A stretch of DNA of 64,000 bases from contig MU057073.1 in NCBI GenBank assembly GCA_013239625.1, positions 8,425,997 through 8,489,996 of the forward strand, read 5' to 3'. Source of the stretch: Lama guanicoe (lineage: Eukaryota). Position numbers and translations under genes: made by a program. The notes below the pieces were generated by a model, which made no database searches, was not told the DNA's origin, and saw only the letters and a program-made list of their open reading frames with translations. This document shows, piece after piece, positions 59,956-64,000 of this stretch. The first letter of the stretch is position 1. Each line of letters opens with the position of its first letter.

Positions 59956-60994
59956 AACTCCTGCTTTTTTTTTTTTTTTTTTTTTGCCACCAAGAAAGTC
60001 CTGGCTTCCATGAAGGGCATCAGCTCCGCGGTGGCCCCTCAGATCTCCCCTTGCTGGAGACCAGCGTGAGGAGGGGGCTCCAGCTGCAGTGGCTCCATGG
60101 GAGGCGTGGGCTCTGCCCAGCTAGCTCAGCCCGACACACTGAACTCAGCCAGGGACGGTCCTGCTCATTTCTGTCCAGCACGGGGTGGCCCCACTCGTCA
60201 GAGCCCGTGACTTAAGCGTTTGCAGAGATGGCATTGTCCTGGCTTTAGATAGTCCCCAATTTACGCGGCTGCACGCCAGATTCTGTGGGGCATCACATGC
60301 TTATTTTTTTTAAAGAGAGGAATGACTCAGTTAGGATGTGAAATAAGTATTTTCCATGGCTTCTTTTAAAGATAAAGCCAATCCTGTCGATCGAATGCCA
60401 TGAGGGGAAAGCGCAGAGCGAGCCCTCTCTCTTTTTCCTTCAATATTCTTACCAAATCTCATGAGACTTTCCTCTCGAATGACTTGACATGTTTTCTATT
60501 GGGACTTTCCGCAGAGTCCAATTTCTGGAGCCCCCTGCTTTCCTGCAGCACCCCCTCATCTGCCCTCATATTCAGGACTCTGAGGACACAGAGAGGGGAA
60601 TGACCAATTCCCACCTCGGAGGGGAGGGCAGGGGAGCAGGCGGTGCCCAGGATTTAGTCTCAGGATGGGGCGAATGCACAGTGCAGGGAGAGGGGCAGCA
60701 GGACCAAAGTGGCATAGCTTAACTTGACAGGGACACAGTCTCCCTCATGCTAACTGGCTTCCCAGGGCTCTTGGGGAGTTAATTCTGGGCCAGAACTCCG
60801 TATTTCTTCTTGTCTAGTCCCCCCTGCCCTCCCTCACTGCCTAGCTCTCATCTTTATTCCTCTGCTCCTTAAACAAGGAAGACTGTGAAGTCTGGAATGT
60901 GTAAGTCCTCTTCCATGTCTGGCTCTGGGCGAGGAGTCAGATGAGGAGTACGGACCAGACACTTGCTCTGCCAAGGCTGTGGGTAGACAGAGGC

Positions 60995-61444
60995 TGCTGT
61001 GGGTTGAAGGGTGGCCCCGAAATATATGTCCAGGTCCTAATACCCAGACCCCGTGAACGTGACATTATTGGGAAAAAGGGTCTTGGCAAATAGGATGAAG
61101 TTAAGGATCTTGGGATGAAATCATTCTGGATTACCCTGCTGGACCCCAAATCCAAGGAGAACTGTCTGCATAACAGACAGAAGAGGAGACACAGACACAG
61201 AAAAGGCCATGTGGCCACAGAGGCAAGGTTGGAGCGCTGTGACCATAAGACAAGGGACACCTGGAGCCATCCAATGCTGGAAGAAGGAGGGAAGGATTTG
61301 TCCCCTAGCACCTTCACAGGGAGCGTGGCAGTGCTGACACCTTGATTTTGAACTTCGGGCCTCTGGAAGTAAGAATGCACGTCTGCTGTTTTAAGATGCC
61401 CAGTTTGCGATGATGTGTTCCAGGAGCCCCGGGAGGCTAACACA
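60995..61444 (+). mobile_element. MaLR solo LTR MLT1C
   Basis: 'tgctgtgggttgaagggtggccccgaaatatatgtcc...gttaaggatcttgggatgaaatcattctggatta...gctgacaccttgattttgaacttcgggcctc...ggctaacaca'. Confidence 0.9.
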
Positions 61445-61877
61445 GGGCAGCGAAGTCCGAGCCCAGCATTTGCCGCCCCCGGATCTGCTGCTTGACATTA
61501 AGAAGGTTACTTCTGGAATTTCACCATCGCATTGCCCGCGAAGGCTTGGGCCCCTTTCCCCTGCACGTGTGAGGAGCTGGACAGCCTCCTAGCACAGCCA
61601 AGTGTGTTTCCCCAGCTCCAGCACAGCCTGCAGCCCTGAGCATCCTGTGTTTCCTAGTTCCTCCCACTGTGGACCTGGAGAAACCTATCGTCAGAGAATT
61701 ACCAGGAAGCATCGGTATACTGCCAATGGAATCAATACTTCCTTAGATCCTAGGAATCCTGGAAAAAAGCTGCCACCAATTCCCAAATGCTGTGGAATAG
61801 AATCATTTATAGAATGTTTTGGAGTAAATATCTTTGGACAAAGAAAACCCAGGAGGGGTATATTGGTTACCTTGAAC

Positions 61878-62033
61878 ACAGTGGTTTTCAACCCTCAGAG
61901 AAACATTAGAATCATTTAGGGAGATATTTTTAAATGCTGATTTTAAAAATCTGACTCTTTGGGGCTGAGGTCCAGGCATGGATTTTTTTAAAGGCACCCC
62001 CTAACAATGTTAACATGCAGGCATAACCCACGG
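61878..62033. mobile_element. MER5-type hAT-Charlie MITE
   Basis: 'cagtggttttcaaccc...cattagaatcatttagggag...ggtccaggcatggattttttaaaggcacccc'. Confidence 0.75.
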
Positions 62034-62055
62034 ATTTAAAGGGAATCTTCCAGGG

Positions 62056-62227
62056 CACTGGTTCTCAAAGTCTAGACCCTCAGCAACAGCATCCCAGGTA
62101 GCTTGTGAGGAATCCAGATTTGTGGGCTCCACTCAGACCTCCTAGGTCACAAACTCAGGTGGGGCCAGCAGTCTGTGCTTTAAGGAGCCCTCCGAGGGTT
62201 CTGTTGCGCACTCCCACAAAGACCCTG
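62056..62227. mobile_element. MER5A hAT-Charlie MITE (opposite orientation to its neighbour)
   Basis: 'cactggttctcaaagt...cagcaacagcatccc...ggggccagcagtctgtgctttaaggagccctcc'. Confidence 0.8.
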
Positions 62228-62461
62228 CAGCACAGCTCTTCTGACTAGACGTTTTTGCAGTTTCGAATGTCTTCAAATTCTTAGATGGTTTCTGGACGGG
62301 GATAACAGGCTGTTGATGACGGTAACTATAGAATACCTAACAGTCCCCATGGCCACCCTGCTCAGAAGGACGGTCCCATTGGTCATGTCTGTCCACCATG
62401 ATCAGGAAGGAATCCCTCAGGAAAGGAATGTGTGAACACTCTCTATACTGTTTTTGCAACC

Positions 62462-62665
62462 TATTTATTTATATTGAGATGTAATTGATGTATGCGATTC
62501 AGGTACACAACACAATGATTCGAATTTGTATATATCACCCCCGGTCAAGTCTAGTTAATGTCTGTTACCATCCATAGTTATAATTTTATTTTCTTGGATG
62601 ACAACTTTTAAGATCTCCTCTCTTTCAAATATGCAATACTTTATTACTAACTATAGTCACCAACA
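62462..62665 (-). mobile_element. L1MA-type 3' end nested in an older + strand L1MC 3' end (62400-62702)
   Basis: 'tttatattgagatgtaattg...caagtctagttaatg...acttttaagatctcctc...ttactaactatagtcacc' splits 'actgtttttgcaacct...tttataagtccgaagttaattcaaaataaaaaatt'. Confidence 0.7.
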
Positions 62666-63029
62666 TTTTTATAAGTCCGAAGTTAATTCAAAATAAAAAA
62701 TTCAATGGAGTTTTCCCTCCTGTTTCCCTTCCTTTTGCTTACCTCTCTCCCTCTCGCCATTTACTTATAAAAACAATGCTTACTTATCTGTGTTAATGAG
62801 GAGAACAGTAGTTTGGAGAAAAGAGAGAAAGGTGGAGAATGTTCAATTTATTTCTTTTTGCCTTTGGAAGGGATTTTAAGGAGTCCCAACAATTTATTAA
62901 ATTTTGCCACCAAAATTCACTCTGCATTTTTCCTAAAATTTTAACTTTTAGAGTTAAGATGATTTTTATGTTTATTTGGGAACTCTTTTACTCTTTATGT
63001 GGTTCTGGGAGCATAGTAATAACTCACTA

Positions 63030-63960
63030 AATGCTTATTAATCAATTTTATGAACATATATTGGTGCGATTTAATAAACATAGATTGAATGTCCACTATC
63101 CCATGTCAGGAATAGTGCTAAGTGTTACCAGTGACACAAAGTTTAATAAGACACAGGTCTGGTTCTTGGGGCTCAGATGTCAGAAGAGACAGATGCTTGA
63201 ATACCTGATGTGTCTTCTAAAAGAGAAGAATGTGGTTATTCTGCCTGGGGCAACAGCCATGGCTTTGTAGAAGAGGATATTTGAAAGATGAATAGGGCCT
63301 TGAAGGATGAATAGGAGTTCAAGAGGTGGAGATTGTGCAGCAGGGGAAAGGGCAGAGGATTGGTTACACCGTGACTATATACTCATCCTGCCTTCTATCT
63401 GGAGGGTGCCAAATGACTGTTCTTGCCAGTGGAATGTGAGCGTGAGTGATGTTTGCTATCCCCTGGACTGACATGAGTAAGAAAGGAGCATACCATGTCT
63501 TTGAACTCTTCCCTGGTCTGATGGCTAGAGTTAGAGGGTCCTGAGTTTCAAAAAATGGCAGAAACACAAGATGGAAAGGACCTGAGTCAGCACACGGAGG
63601 AACTGCTCACCAAACCGCAACACTCACATAAAACTATTAAAGAAGTGAGAAGTAAAGTTCTATCATGCTATGCCATTGAACTTCTGGGATGTATTTGTTT
63701 TAGCGGCTGGCACCTTTATAATTTACACAAGCATATGTGTAAGTCCAGTGAGTACCTATGGTGAGAAAGTCGTGGGCTGGTGAGATCTGACTGAGAGGAA
63801 TCTTGAATGATGCTTTGTGGAGTTTGAATACTTACCTTGAGATGTTTTATTTGGAGCGTTCATAGATGGAGCAGTGGTGGGGGTGGAGAGATGGAGTTGA
63901 AGTGTGTGGATGGGGCTGAAAATTTTGCTCCCAGATAAATGAAAGTTGGTTGTAATCCTA
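63030..63960 (-). mobile_element. L2 LINE interrupted by an old MaLR LTR (MLT1H/I/J-like, 63365-63729, + strand)
   Basis: L2: 'ttaataaacatagattgaatgtccactat', 'gggccttgaaggatgaataggagttc'; LTR: 'tgactgttcttgccagtggaatgtgagcgtgagtgatg'. Confidence 0.7.
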
Positions 63961-64000
63961 GCATAATGAAAAAATGCTCTAAATATCTCCTTTGCTCTGC

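Noticed and set aside
1-64000. CRISPR array, prokaryotic operon or intact provirus
   Set aside because: No repeat-spacer structure or gene-dense organisation; all LTRs are solo or fragments with no gag/pol/env

Overview
Mammalian (eutherian) nuclear DNA, most probably from a camelid (alpaca/llama/camel lineage). The evidence is four copies of a tRNA-Ala(AGC)-derived SINE of the Vic-1 type and cetartiodactyl/camelid-type L1 3' ends. I find no credible protein-coding exon, RNA gene or CRISPR array; the listed ORFs are chance ORFs, low-complexity artefacts or decayed L1 ORF2. The window looks like a gene desert or very large intron. It is densely filled with old (MIR, L2, MLT1/MLT2, LTR16/33, MER20/33/53/82/5, L1M) and younger (L1, Vic-1 SINE, ERV1 LTR) transposon fossils, between which lie several repeat-free blocks rich in homeodomain/FOX/TCF motifs that look like conserved developmental enhancers (~1.2-3.3, 19.5, 29.4, 48.2-49.5 and 50.6-52.0 kb). 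The eleven N-runs behave like length-preserving hard masks rather than assembly gaps. Seven of them fall in two of those repeat-free blocks, suggesting hidden highly conserved (possibly ultraconserved) sequence. Other notable structures are an L1MB retaining both termini but lacking ORF1, an L1 with a 28-bp fold-back inversion at its 5' junction, and a palindromic MER53. I do not see evidence for a wholly new biological system. Repeat subfamily names are from recalled consensus sequences and need RepeatMasker/Dfam confirmation.
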